64,000 nt of DNA from an uncultured Fibrobacteraceae bacterium. GTDB lineage: Bacteria; Krumholzibacteriota; Krumholzibacteriia; LZORAL124-64-63. The position numbers and the translations under genes were made by a program. The notes below the pieces were generated by a model that was not told where the DNA came from, ran no database searches, and was given only the letters and a program-made list of their open reading frames with translations. The DNA lies in contig CAZWYF010000010.1 of assembly GCA_964637835.1 (NCBI GenBank), forward strand, positions 18,045 to 82,044, read 5' to 3'. This document shows, one piece after another, positions 9,881-20,304 of the stretch (its first letter is position 1; every line of letters begins with the position of its first letter).

Positions 9881-12800
9881 GTGAAACTCAAGCGCATCGA
9901 GCTGCAGGGCTTCAAGTCCTTCGTCGACCGCACCGTCCTCGAATTCGACGCCGGCATCACCGCCATCCTCGGCCCCAACGGTTGCGGCAAGAGCAACGTG
10001 GTGGACGCGGTGCGCTGGGTGCTGGGCGAGCAGTCGGCCAAGAACCTGCGTGGCGGCAAGATGGACGATGTCATCTTCAAGGGCACCACCAAGCGCAAGC
10101 CGGTGGGCCTGGCCGAGGTGACGCTCACCTTCATCAACGATGACGGCCGCCTGCCCGTGGAGTACGACGAGGTGGCGATCAAGCGCCGCGTCACCCGCGA
10201 CGGCACCAGCGACTACTACCTCAACGGCTCGCCCTGCCGCCTGAAGGACCTGCGCGACCTGCTCTGGGACACGGGGGTCAACAACGCCAGCTACTCGATC
10301 ATCGAGGAGTCGATGATCAAGCAGATCCTCAACGAGAACAACCAGGAGCTGCGCCGGCTGCTGGAGGAGGGCTCGGGGATCACCAAGTACAAGGCCCGCC
10401 GCAAGGAGACCCAGCGCAAGCTCGACCGCACCACCCAGGACCTGCTGCGCCTGGACGACATCATCGAGGAGATCGGCCGGGAGGTGCGGTCGCTCCAGCG
10501 GCAGGTGGGCAAGGCCCGCCGGCACAAGCGGCTCTACGGCGAGATCCGCGCCCTGGACCTGTCGCTGGCCCGCCGCCGCCGCGAGGGTCTGGACCAGCGC
10601 GAGCACGAGATCGGCGAGCGGATGCAGGAGCTGCGCACCCTGGCCGAGACCGACACCGGCGAGCTGGCGGAGCTGCAGGCGAGGATCGCCGAGCAGCGGC
10701 CGCTCATCGACGAGCGGGAGAACGAGCGCCGTCAGCTCGAGGAGGCCCTGCGGGCGTTCGAGGAACAGCTGCAGGAGAGCGAGCGGCAGGTGGCGGTGCT
10801 CGAGCAGCGCATCGCGGACCAGCACCGGCGCCACGAGGAGGCGTCCACCGCCGGGGTGGACGCCGAGCGCCGCCGCGAGGAGATCACCGGCCAGATCGCC
10901 GGACTCGAGCAGCGTCTCGAGGAGCTGCGCACCGAGCTGTCCGGAGCCGGCGAGCAGCTCGCCGGGCAGGCCGAGGAGCTGCGGGTGCTGGATTCGCGCC
11001 TGAGTGCCGAGCGGGCCCAGCTCGAGGAGGCCGTGCAGCTGAACCTGCAGTTCGTGGAGACCGATGCCGCGGCACGCAGCCAGCAGCGCGAGTTGCAGGT
11101 GCGGCGGGAGAACCGCCAGGAGCGTCTCGACCTGCTCGACACCGAGGAGCAGGAGATCACGCGGGAGCTGGCCAGCGGCGAGACCGCGCGGGCGGAGGCG
11201 CGCGCGCAGCGCGACGATCTGGCCCGACGCCGGCGCGAGCTCCTCGAGCACCTGGCCACGACCGAGCGGGCCATGGGCGACCTCGAGGTCGAGGGCCAGG
11301 AGATCCAGCAGGAGATCTCCGGCATCACCGGCCGCCGGGAGTCCGCCGCCGGCCGGCTGGGCGTGCTGCGTCGGCTGCAGGAGGAGTACGCCGGCTACGG
11401 CCAGGGCGCCCGTCATGTGCTCACCCACCACGCCGGCCGGGCCGGCGTCCTCGGCGGCCTGGCCGACCAGCTCCAGGTCCACGAGGAGTGGACCGGGGCC
11501 TTCGAGACCCTGCTCGGCGAGGTGCTCGACGCGGTGGTGGTGGACGGCCCGGGCGAGGCCGCGGCCCTGGTGCGCGAGCTGCGCGAGGGCCGGCACGGTC
11601 ACGCCGCGTTCGTCTGCCGGACCGCCGAGCCGGCGCCGGCGGGCGCGGCGGCGCCCCCGGGCGGCCGCCCCGCGGCCGAGGTCATCGACAGCGACGTGGC
11701 CGGCCTGCCGCACCTGGCGCGTCTGCTGGCCCGCACCTACCTGTTCCCCACCGACGACCAGGCCCTGGCCGCGGCCATGGCCGCCGGCGGACAGGGACTG
11801 CCGGTGCTCTGCCTGTCCCGGGGCGGCCTGCTGGTGGGCAGCGATGGCCTGGTGCGTGGTGGCGCCGGCGAGCGCGGCGAGGTGAGCGTCCTCGGCCGGG
11901 GCGAGAAGCTGGAGCAGATCGCCGCCGAGGTGGCCGCGCTCGAGGGCAAGCTGGAGGCGTCTCGCCAGAAGCTGGTGCGCACCCGCGAGGAGCGCGAGCA
12001 GCGTCGCAGCCTGCTGCAGGCGGGCCGGGGCGACCTCGAGGCCCTGGACGCCGAGCTGCAGCGAGTGCAGCTGCGGCTGGCCCAGCTCGAGGATCGCGAC
12101 CAGGCCGCCGCGCGCCGTCGCGAGGAACTGCAGGCCGAACGCGTGCGCCTGGGCGAGGAACTGCAGACGCTGGCCGATCAGGAGGAGGAACTCGTCGCCT
12201 CGCTGGCCGAGACCGGCCGCCGGCGCGAGGACAGCACCATGCGCACCGACGAGCTCCGCCGCCAGGTGCAGGCGCTGGACGAGCAGCGCGACGAGCTCCG
12301 CTACGGCCACGAGGAGCTCCGCCTGATCCACCAGCGCCGCGAGGGCGAGCGCCGGGAGACGGAGACCGCCCTGACCCACCTGCGCGCCAACATGGTCGAC
12401 CTCGCCCAGCGACGCGACCTGCTGGCCGAGGAGGCGGCCACCGCCGAGGCCGAGGGCGCGCGCCTGGCCGAGCAGCTGGAGGCCCGGCGTCAGGATCTCC
12501 TGGGCGCCTTCCAGGAACGGGAACGGCGGCGCCAGATCGTCCGCAACAGCGCCGACGCCATCGCCGGGCTGCGCAAGGAGACCGAGGCCTGGCACGATCG
12601 CGTCAAGGCCATCGAGGACCAGCGCTCCGGCTGCCGCGATCAGATCCACCAGCTGGAGACCGAGCTGGCCACCCTGGACCTGCGGCGCAACAACCTGGAG
12701 GAGCGCCTGGAGGAGCAGTACAGCGGGTCGTTCGCCGACCTCGTCGCCGGTATCGTGGAGGAGGACCTGCCCCGGGAGCTCGAGCGCGAGGACGGGGTCT

Positions 12801-13606
12801 TCCAGGAGGAGCAGGCCCAGGGCCTGCTGGAGGACCGGCGGGCGAAGCTGTCGTCCCTGGGCCCCATCAACCACCTGGCCCTCGAGGAGTACGAGACCAA
12901 GAAGGAGCGCCTGGACTTCCTGGAGGGCCAGCGCACCGACGTGGTGAAGGCCAAGGAGGATCTCGAGCGCGCCATCGGCGAGATCAACCGCACGGCCCGG
13001 CAGCTCTTCGCGCGGACCTTCGAGGAGGTGCGCCGCAACTACATCGCGGTGTTCCAGACCCTCTTCCGTGGCGGCCGCGCGGACCTGCAGCTACAGCGCA
13101 CCGACGACCCGCTGGAGAGCAACATCCTGATCACCGCCCAGCCCACCGGCAAGGTGATCGACCACGTGTCGCTGCTGTCGGGCGGCGAGCGCTGCCTCAC
13201 CGCGCTGTCCATCCTGTTCGCGGTCTACCTGGTCAAGCCCTCGCCGTTCTGCCTCCTGGACGAGGCCGACGCGCCGCTGGACGACACCAACATCGGCCGC
13301 TTCGTGAACATGCTGCGGGAGTTCGCGCAGAACACCCAGTTCCTGGTGATCACCCACAACAAGCTGACCATGGAGACCGCCAATCACCTCTACGGCGTGA
13401 CCATGATGGAGCGGGGCTGCTCGAGCATCGTCTCGGTGAGCTTCGCCGACGTGGCCGATGCGGTGAGCGATACCGAGCTCGCCGGCGCCATCGCGCAGCG
13501 GCGGTCGGACGTCGATCGCACCGAGAACGCGCGCAGCAGCGCCGACGCGGCCCCCATGGCCGCCGAGGGCGAGACCACCGACGACACCCTGGAGGCACGC
13601 GAGTAA
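9881..13606 (+). CDS. smc: Chromosome segregation protein SMC
   Basis: GTG 9881. N-terminal QGFKSF...ILGPNGCGKSNVVDA (Walker A), long coiled-coil arms and a hinge. C-terminal LSGGERCLTALSILFA signature and Walker B FCLLDEADAPLD. Confidence 0.95.
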   Translation: MKLKRIELQGFKSFVDRTVLEFDAGITAILGPNGCGKSNVVDAVRWVLGEQSAKNLRGGKMDDVIFKGTTKRKPVGLAEVTLTFINDDGRLPVEYDEVAIKRRVTRDGTSDYYLNGSPCRLKDLRDLLWDTGVNNASYSIIEESMIKQILNENNQELRRLLEEGSGITKYKARRKETQRKLDRTTQDLLRLDDIIEEIGREVRSLQRQVGKARRHKRLYGEIRALDLSLARRRREGLDQREHEIGERMQELRTLAETDTGELAELQARIAEQRPLIDERENERRQLEEALRAFEEQLQESERQVAVLEQRIADQHRRHEEASTAGVDAERRREEITGQIAGLEQRLEELRTELSGAGEQLAGQAEELRVLDSRLSAERAQLEEAVQLNLQFVETDAAARSQQRELQVRRENRQERLDLLDTEEQEITRELASGETARAEARAQRDDLARRRRELLEHLATTERAMGDLEVEGQEIQQEISGITGRRESAAGRLGVLRRLQEEYAGYGQGARHVLTHHAGRAGVLGGLADQLQVHEEWTGAFETLLGEVLDAVVVDGPGEAAALVRELREGRHGHAAFVCRTAEPAPAGAAAPPGGRPAAEVIDSDVAGLPHLARLLARTYLFPTDDQALAAAMAAGGQGLPVLCLSRGGLLVGSDGLVRGGAGERGEVSVLGRGEKLEQIAAEVAALEGKLEASRQKLVRTREEREQRRSLLQAGRGDLEALDAELQRVQLRLAQLEDRDQAAARRREELQAERVRLGEELQTLADQEEELVASLAETGRRREDSTMRTDELRRQVQALDEQRDELRYGHEELRLIHQRREGERRETETALTHLRANMVDLAQRRDLLAEEAATAEAEGARLAEQLEARRQDLLGAFQERERRRQIVRNSADAIAGLRKETEAWHDRVKAIEDQRSGCRDQIHQLETELATLDLRRNNLEERLEEQYSGSFADLVAGIVEEDLPRELEREDGVFQEEQAQGLLEDRRAKLSSLGPINHLALEEYETKKERLDFLEGQRTDVVKAKEDLERAIGEINRTARQLFARTFEEVRRNYIAVFQTLFRGGRADLQLQRTDDPLESNILITAQPTGKVIDHVSLLSGGERCLTALSILFAVYLVKPSPFCLLDEADAPLDDTNIGRFVNMLREFAQNTQFLVITHNKLTMETANHLYGVTMMERGCSSIVSVSFADVADAVSDTELAGAIAQRRSDVDRTENARSSADAAPMAAEGETTDDTLEARE

Positions 13607-14649
13607 TGGGTCTGTTCGAGCGTTTCCGCAGCGGTCTGGCCAGGTCCCGCCGGAGCTTCGTGGGCGGCCTGCGCCGGCTGCTCGGCGGCGGCGTCAAGCT
13701 GGACGAGGACACCCTCGACGAGATCGAGGAGCTGCTCATCTCCGCGGACATGGGCGTGCAGTCGGCGGTGCGCATCACCCGCACCATCGAGCAGCGCCTG
13801 CGCGAGGAGGGCGGCGAGGCCACCCTCGAGTCGGTGCTCGCGGTGATCCGCGCCGACGTCAAGCAGCAGCTCACCGAGGCGAAGCCGCGCGTCCATCCGC
13901 CCAGCTGGGAGGAGGCCCTCGGCGAGGGCGGCAAGAAGAAGGGCAAGAAGGGCAAGGCCCGGGCCGCGGCCGCGGCCGCCGATCAGCCCGCGCCCGACGC
14001 GGACGTGCGCGTGCTGTTCGTCGTGGGCGTCAACGGCACCGGCAAGACCACGAGCATCGCCAAGCTCGGCCATCTGCTCGAGAACGAGGGGCACGGGGTC
14101 CTGCTGGCGGCCGGGGACACCTTCCGGGCCGCCGCCGTGGAGCAGATCCAGGTCTGGGCGGAGCGCATCGGCGTGCCCTGCATCGCCCAGGGCCAGAACG
14201 CCGATCCGGCGGCCGTCACCTACGACGCCATCAACGCCGCGGTGGCCCGCGGCTGCGACACGGTGATCGTCGACACCGCCGGCCGCCTGCACACCAAGAC
14301 CAGCCTCATGGACGAGCTGGCCAAGGTGGCCCGCGTCATCCGGCGCCGCACCGGCCGCGACCCGGAGACCCTCCTGGTGGTGGACGCCAACACCGGCCAG
14401 AACGGCCTGCAGCAGGCCAAGGTCTTCGCCGAGACCATCCCCGTGGAGGGCCTGATCCTCACCAAGCTCGACGGCACCGCCAAGGGCGGCATCGTGGTGG
14501 CCATCGCCGAGACCCTCGGCCTGCCCGTCCGCTACGTGGGCATGGGCGAGACCGTGGACGACATCGCCGTCTTCGACCCCGACACCTTCTGCGACGCCCT
14601 CTTCGCGGACTGGACCCGCGAGGACGACCCCGCCCCCGAGGAAGCCTGA
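13606..14649 (+). CDS. ftsY: Signal recognition particle receptor FtsY
   Basis: ATG 13606 overlaps the smc TAA by 1 nt. SRP-GTPase motifs GVNGTGKTTSIAKL, DTAGR and TKLDGTAKGG. Confidence 0.95.
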   Translation: MGLFERFRSGLARSRRSFVGGLRRLLGGGVKLDEDTLDEIEELLISADMGVQSAVRITRTIEQRLREEGGEATLESVLAVIRADVKQQLTEAKPRVHPPSWEEALGEGGKKKGKKGKARAAAAAADQPAPDADVRVLFVVGVNGTGKTTSIAKLGHLLENEGHGVLLAAGDTFRAAAVEQIQVWAERIGVPCIAQGQNADPAAVTYDAINAAVARGCDTVIVDTAGRLHTKTSLMDELAKVARVIRRRTGRDPETLLVVDANTGQNGLQQAKVFAETIPVEGLILTKLDGTAKGGIVVAIAETLGLPVRYVGMGETVDDIAVFDPDTFCDALFADWTREDDPAPEEA

Positions 14650-14709
14650 CCCCCCGCCCCGCGCGGAATCCCGGTCGCCCCTGCCCTCCGGGCCCCTTCA
14701 CGCACGGCG

Positions 14710-14788
14710 TGGGCCAGCCCCCCACACCCCCGGGTCCAGAAAGCTTGCGCAGCACTTTCGGGACCCGGGGGTGTGGGGGGCTGGCCCA
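14710..14788. repeat. 79-nt palindromic element (28-bp perfect stem); REP/MITE-like element or U-less terminator after ftsY
   Basis: 14710-14737 (tgggccagccccccacacccccgggtcc) is the exact reverse complement of 14761-14788. Five more base pairs are possible inside the 23-nt spacer. CACGGCG direct repeats flank it at 14703-14709 and 14791-14797. Confidence 0.8.
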
Positions 14789-14993
14789 GACACGGCGACG
14801 GACCGGCCCGGAGAACAGGGGACAACCGGAACCCGGAACCGAGTCAGCCGACTGCTCCAGGATCGCGACTCATGGGTCAGCCGGAGTCGCCTCGCTCCAT
14901 GGTTCCCCGGAAGTGGTCGGCAAGGATGCGGGCTCTCCAGGTCCCGGCCCGTCGCCCATGACGTTACGGAGCGCCGCGGGCCCGGGCCAGCGC

Positions 14994-15022
14994 TTGACTG
15001 GGAATCGGTGGGCATCTACCTT
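14994..15022 (+). promoter_or_regulatory. Candidate promoter TTGACT-17 nt-TACCTT for the rib operon
   Basis: Hexamers at 14994-14999 and 15017-15022, about 40 nt upstream of the riboswitch P1 helix. Confidence 0.35.
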
Positions 15023-15059
15023 GGCCGGTGTCACGACCGCACTTGCGCGGCCGGACGGA

Positions 15060-15174
15060 CCAGCTTCGGGGCGGGGTGAGATTCCCCACCGGCGGTGACA
15101 GCCCGCGAGCCCGCAAGGGCACGAACCGGTGGAATTCCGGTGCCGACGGTGACAGTCCGGATGGGAGAAGTTGG
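15060..15174 (+). promoter_or_regulatory. FMN riboswitch (RFN element)
   Basis: CUUCGGGGCGGGGUGAGAUUCCCCACCGGCGGUGACAGCCCGCGAGCC...GGUGGAAUUCCGGUGCCGACGGUGACAGUCCGGAUGGGAGAAG follows the RFN consensus (Rfam RF00050) nearly position for position. P1 = 15060-15067 paired with 15167-15174. It sits directly upstream of ribD. Confidence 0.95.
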
Positions 15175-15235
15175 GGCCGCGACGACGTGGACCATCCGGT
15201 CCATCTTGAAAGTCGCCGCTCAAGACCCCGCTTCC

Positions 15236-15267
15236 CCCTTCGCGCCGGCGTGCTCGAAGGGTTTTTT
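15236..15267 (+). terminator. Riboswitch expression-platform terminator (also sequesters the ribD SD)
   Basis: Stem cccttcg (15236-15242) / cgaaggg (15255-15261) with a 12-nt loop, followed by TTTTTT 15262-15267. The ribD ATG is at 15269, so the only SD-like sequence (GAAGGG) is the 3' arm of the stem. Confidence 0.7.
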
Positions 15268-15268
15268 C

Positions 15269-16432
15269 ATGGCCGACCGCACGGTCACCACCAGCAGCGC
15301 CTCCGGCGCACGCGACGCCGGCCACCTCTGGCAGGCGCTCGAGCTCGCCGCGCGGACCCCTGCGCGCGCGTGGCCCAACCCCCCCGTGGGGGCCCTGGTG
15401 GTCCAGGGCGAGTCGGTGGTCGGTCGCGGGGCGCACCATGGCGCGGGGACGCCCCACGCCGAGCGCCTGGCCCTCGCCGAGGCCGGCGCGGCCGCCCGTG
15501 GCGCCTCCCTCTACTGCACGCTCGAGCCCTGCCATCACCACGGCCGCACGCCGCCCTGCACCGAGGCGATCCTCGCCGCCGGCATCGCCCGCGTGGTGGT
15601 GGGCGTGCGGGACCGCAACCCGGTGGCGGCCGGAGGGCTGGATGCCCTGCGGGCCGCCGGCGTCCAGGTGAGCGTGGCCGGGGGCCGGATCGCGGCCGCC
15701 TGCCTGGACCTGGTCTGGCCCTTCGTGACCACGGACGCCTTCGCGCGGCCGTACGTGGAGCTGAAGACCGCCGTGAGCCTGGACGGCCGCTTCGCCGGCC
15801 CGGACGACCCCGCCGGCCGTCCCGTCTACCTGACCGGTCCGGCTGCCCGCGAGGCGGTGCACCGGCGCCGGCGCTGGGCGGACGTGGTCCTGGTGGGGGC
15901 GGGGACGGCACGGCAGGACAGCCCGCGGCTCGATACGCGCCTGGTGCCGGAGGACGCCGCGCTCCCCGCCGCCCCCCCGCTGGCTGGCGTGGTGGCGGGT
16001 CCGGGGCAGGCGCCGGCCCTCGCCCGGGACCACTGGCTGCTCCTGCGGCCGGCCGGGGCGGAGGGCCATGCGCCGGCCGGCGCCGAGGTGGTGCCCTGTG
16101 CGGCGGGCGCCGGCGGTGCCGATCCGGCCGGCGTGCTGGCCGCCTGCGCCGGGCGCGGCCTGCACGCGGTGCTGCTGGAGTGCGGTCCGCGCCTGGCGGC
16201 GGCGTTCCTGGCGGCCGGGCTGGTGGACCGCTGGTGCGCCTGGGCCGCGCCCGTGGTGCTCGGCGGCGGCCCCACCTGGCCGGAGCGCTTCGCCGCGCCG
16301 GCGGGTCGCTGGCACCTGACGCGGACCGAGGTCGTGGGGCCCGACCTGCTGACGGTCCATGATCGCGACGACTTCGCCGGCATCCTGCAGACCCTGAGCG
16401 GACCGGCGGCCCAGCCGTGGGAGGCGCCCTGA
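15269..16432 (+). CDS. ribD: Bifunctional riboflavin biosynthesis deaminase/reductase RibD
   Basis: ATG 15269. Deaminase zinc motifs HAERLAL and [15 protein letters not shown], followed by a reductase domain ([11 protein letters not shown]...). Confidence 0.9.
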   Translation: MADRTVTTSSASGARDAGHLWQALELAARTPARAWPNPPVGALVVQGESVVGRGAHHGAGTPHAERLALAEAGAAARGASLYCTLEPCHHHGRTPPCTEAILAAGIARVVVGVRDRNPVAAGGLDALRAAGVQVSVAGGRIAAACLDLVWPFVTTDAFARPYVELKTAVSLDGRFAGPDDPAGRPVYLTGPAAREAVHRRRRWADVVLVGAGTARQDSPRLDTRLVPEDAALPAAPPLAGVVAGPGQAPALARDHWLLLRPAGAEGHAPAGAEVVPCAAGAGGADPAGVLAACAGRGLHAVLLECGPRLAAAFLAAGLVDRWCAWAAPVVLGGGPTWPERFAAPAGRWHLTRTEVVGPDLLTVHDRDDFAGILQTLSGPAAQPWEAP

Positions 16433-17153
16433 TGTTCACCGGCCTGATCCGCGAGATCGGCACCCTGCGCCGGATCACCGGCGGCCGGGATCTCAGCCGG
16501 CTGGTCATTGGCGCGCCGCGCACCGCGGCCAGCGTGGCTCCCGGCGACAGCCTGGCCGTCAACGGCATCTGCCTGACGGTGACCGCCACCGGCGGCGGCG
16601 CCGTCACCGTGGAGGCCGCCGCCGAGACGCGGCGGATCACCACGTTGCGCCGCTGGCGGAGCGGTCGTCGGTTACACCTGGAGCCCGCCCTGCGTGCGGG
16701 GCAGGCCCTGGATGGTCACCTGGTGCTCGGCCACGTGGACGGCGTGGGCCGGATCGCGGCGGTGCGCCGTCAGGGCGAGAGCCTCTTCCTGACCGTCCAC
16801 TGCGGCGAGCACCTGGCGGGCTGGCTCATGCCCAAGGGCTCGGTGGCCGTGGACGGGGTCTCGCTCACCGTGGACGCCGGTCCGCACCGCGACCGCTTCA
16901 CCTGCAACCTCATCCCGCACACCCTGCAGTGGACCGACTTCGCCCGCGCCCGCGTGGGCCGCGAGGTGAACCTGGAGATGGACGTGCTGGTCAAGGCCGC
17001 GCGTACCGGTCGTTCCGGCGCCGCGCTGGCCGGCCTCGCCGGCGCCGGCGATCCCCCGGGCGCGGGGTCCGCCATGCGTTCCGAGAAGGGCAGCGTCCGC
17101 TCGCTGACCTCCATCCTCGACCGCGGCTTCGGCCGCAAGACAAGGCGCAACCG

Positions 17154-17157
<4 letters not shown>
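16432..17157 (+). CDS. ribE: Riboflavin synthase alpha chain
   Basis: [10 protein letters not shown] start overlaps the ribD TGA by 1 nt. Two lumazine-binding repeats ([22 protein letters not shown]). Unusual ~45-aa basic C-terminal tail. Confidence 0.9.
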
Positions 17158-18395
<1,238 letters not shown>

Positions 18396-18420
18396 CCGCA
18401 AGGCGAGCCGAGGAGACGAG

Positions 18421-18912
18421 ATGGGCAAGACCTTCGAGGGCAGCTTCGATGCGCGCGGCACGCAGATCGCCGTGGTCGCCAGTCGCTTCAACGATTTCTT
18501 CACCCGCGAGCTGGTGGATGGTGCGCTGGATTGCCTGCGGCGGCACGGCGTCCGCGATGAGCAGGTGGACACCTGCTGGGTGCCCGGCGGCTGGGAGGTG
18601 CCCCTGGCGGCCAAGCGTTTCGCGCAGACCGGTCGCTACGCGGCGGTGATCTGCCTGAGCTGCATCATCCAGGGCGACACCCCGCACTTCCACTACGTGT
18701 CCAGCGAGGTGAGCAAGGGCATCGCGCACGTGAGCTTCGAGGCGGACATCCCGGTGATCTTCGGGGTGGTGACGGCCGAGACCATCGACCAGGCCATCGA
18801 GCGCGCGGGCACCAAGGCCGGCAACAAGGGCTTCGACGCCGCCCTGACCGCCCTGGAGATGATCGACCTCTTCGCACGCATCGACGCCGACGAGCCCGGC
18901 ACCGACGCCTGA
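18421..18912 (+). CDS. ribH: 6,7-dimethyl-8-ribityllumazine synthase
   Basis: GAGGAG SD. IAVVASRFNDFFTRELVDGA and VVTAETIDQAIERAGTKAGNKG are typical of lumazine synthase. Confidence 0.95.
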   Translation: MGKTFEGSFDARGTQIAVVASRFNDFFTRELVDGALDCLRRHGVRDEQVDTCWVPGGWEVPLAAKRFAQTGRYAAVICLSCIIQGDTPHFHYVSSEVSKGIAHVSFEADIPVIFGVVTAETIDQAIERAGTKAGNKGFDAALTALEMIDLFARIDADEPGTDA

Positions 18913-18980
18913 GTCGGCGGCCGCCGCCTGGCCCGGCGTCGCCGACCTTGCGAGCCGCGGCGCCGTGCGTCATACTCCCG

Positions 18981-19013
18981 GGCGTCCGCGCCGCCGCCGG
19001 CGGCGCGGACGCC
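18981..19013 (+). other. GC-rich hairpin between ribH and nusB (possible attenuator/processing site)
   Basis: ggcgtccgcgccgcc (18981-18995) is the exact complement of ggcggcgcggacgcc (18999-19013). No U-tract follows. Confidence 0.4.
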
Positions 19014-19060
19014 GTGCTCCCGACTCCCCGGGCCCTGGCCCGGCTTCCGGAAAGGCCGAC

Positions 19061-19519
19061 GTGGGCAAGCGCAGCAAGGGACGCGCGCTGCTGCTGCAGG
19101 CGCTTTACGCCTCGCGACTCAGTGGCCGCGACCTCACCGACTGTCTCGAGGACCAGCTCGACCGCCGCGATTCCGCGGACGAGACCGCCGTCTTCGCCCG
19201 GGCGCTGGCGCGCAAGCTGGTCGGTCACGGTCCGGCGGCCGAGAAGTCGCTCGGCCCGCTCCTGGCCAACTGGGATCTCGCACGCGTGGGCCTGCTCGAG
19301 CGCCTGATCCTCACGCTGGCCCTGGTGGAGCTGCGGCAGAGCCCGGAGGTGCCGCCGCGGGTGGTGGTCAACGAGGCCTGCGAGCTGGCGCGGCAGTTCT
19401 GCACCGAGGAGGCGGTGAAGTTCGTCAACGGCGTGCTCGATCGCGCGGCCGCGCGCGAACTGCACGGCGACCCGGGCGATCCGGGCGACCCGGGCGACCA
19501 GCAGGTGGACCGATCGTGA
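19061..19519 (+). CDS. nusB: Transcription antitermination factor NusB
   Basis: LLLQALYASRL..., LERLILTLALVEL, NEACELARQFCTEEAVKFVNGVLD. The GTG 19061 start is uncertain (ORF open from 18965). C-terminal GDPGDPGDPGD repeat. Confidence 0.8.
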   Translation: MGKRSKGRALLLQALYASRLSGRDLTDCLEDQLDRRDSADETAVFARALARKLVGHGPAAEKSLGPLLANWDLARVGLLERLILTLALVELRQSPEVPPRVVVNEACELARQFCTEEAVKFVNGVLDRAAARELHGDPGDPGDPGDQQVDRS

Positions 19520-20304
19520 GGCAGTCCACGCCGCAGCACTGGCAGGACTTCTGGGAAGAGGCCGACCGCCACGGACTGCAGGACGTCTACGACAACGATG
19601 GCCGCCTGGTCCGAGAGATCACCGGCCTGGGCGACCTGCGCGGCAAGCTCATCCTCGAGGTGGGCGCGGGCACCGGCCGTGATGCGGTGACGCTCGCCCG
19701 GGCCGGCGCCGAGGTCGTCACGCTGGATTACGTCGCCGGTTCGCTGCGATTGACCCAGCGGGCCGCGAGCGACGCGGACCAGCCCGTGGCGCCGGTGTGC
19801 GGCGATGGCCTGGGCATGCCCTTCGCCGACGGTACCTTCGACGTGGTCTTCCACCAGGGCCTGCTCGAGCACTTCCGCGACCCCATGCCGCTGCTGCGCG
19901 AGAACGTCCGCGTGCTCCGGCCCGGTGGGGCGCTGGTGGTGGACGTGCCCCAGACCTACCACTACTACACGCTGGGCAAGCAGCTGCTCATCCGGCTGGG
20001 GAAGTGGTTCGCGGGCTGGGAGACCCAGTTCACCGTGGCCGAGCTGGAGGCGCTGATGCGGAGCGCGGGCACGGACATCCAGCGCAGCTACGGCGACTGG
20101 ATGGTGCCCGGCCTGTGGTACCGCGCCCTGCGCAAGGTGGTGCTGCGGCGCGCGGGACGTCGCCTGCCGAAGTATCCGGAACCGATCTGGCCGTTCGGCG
20201 CCCTGGGCCGCGGCTGGCGGCGCGCCTTCGGCCGCACGCGCCTGGCGCTCTACACCACCCCGACCATCGGTGTGATCGGCCGCAAGCGCGGGAGCGGTGC
20301 GTGA
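19516..20304 (+). CDS. Class I SAM-dependent methyltransferase
   Basis: GTG 19516 overlaps the nusB stop (GTGA). SAM-binding motif ILEVGAGTGRDA and a Methyltransf_11-like LRPGGALVV. Confidence 0.85.
   Translation: MRQSTPQHWQDFWEEADRHGLQDVYDNDGRLVREITGLGDLRGKLILEVGAGTGRDAVTLARAGAEVVTLDYVAGSLRLTQRAASDADQPVAPVCGDGLGMPFADGTFDVVFHQGLLEHFRDPMPLLRENVRVLRPGGALVVDVPQTYHYYTLGKQLLIRLGKWFAGWETQFTVAELEALMRSAGTDIQRSYGDWMVPGLWYRALRKVVLRRAGRRLPKYPEPIWPFGALGRGWRRAFGRTRLALYTTPTIGVIGRKRGSGA

Noticed and set aside
9752-12874. 1040-aa ORF antisense to smc, and similar long antisense ORFs (22568-25390, 28928-31708, 34125-38096, 59007-61376)
   Set aside because: All lie opposite genes with unambiguous family motifs. 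All have the repetitive Gly/Ala/Arg/Leu/Gln-rich composition expected of stop-poor antisense frames at high GC.
14698-15098. Several 60-130-aa ORFs on both strands across the ftsY-ribD spacer
   Set aside because: They run through the perfect palindrome and the FMN riboswitch. They have no SDs and have Arg/Pro/Gly-rich translations, so the region is better explained as non-coding RNA/regulatory DNA.
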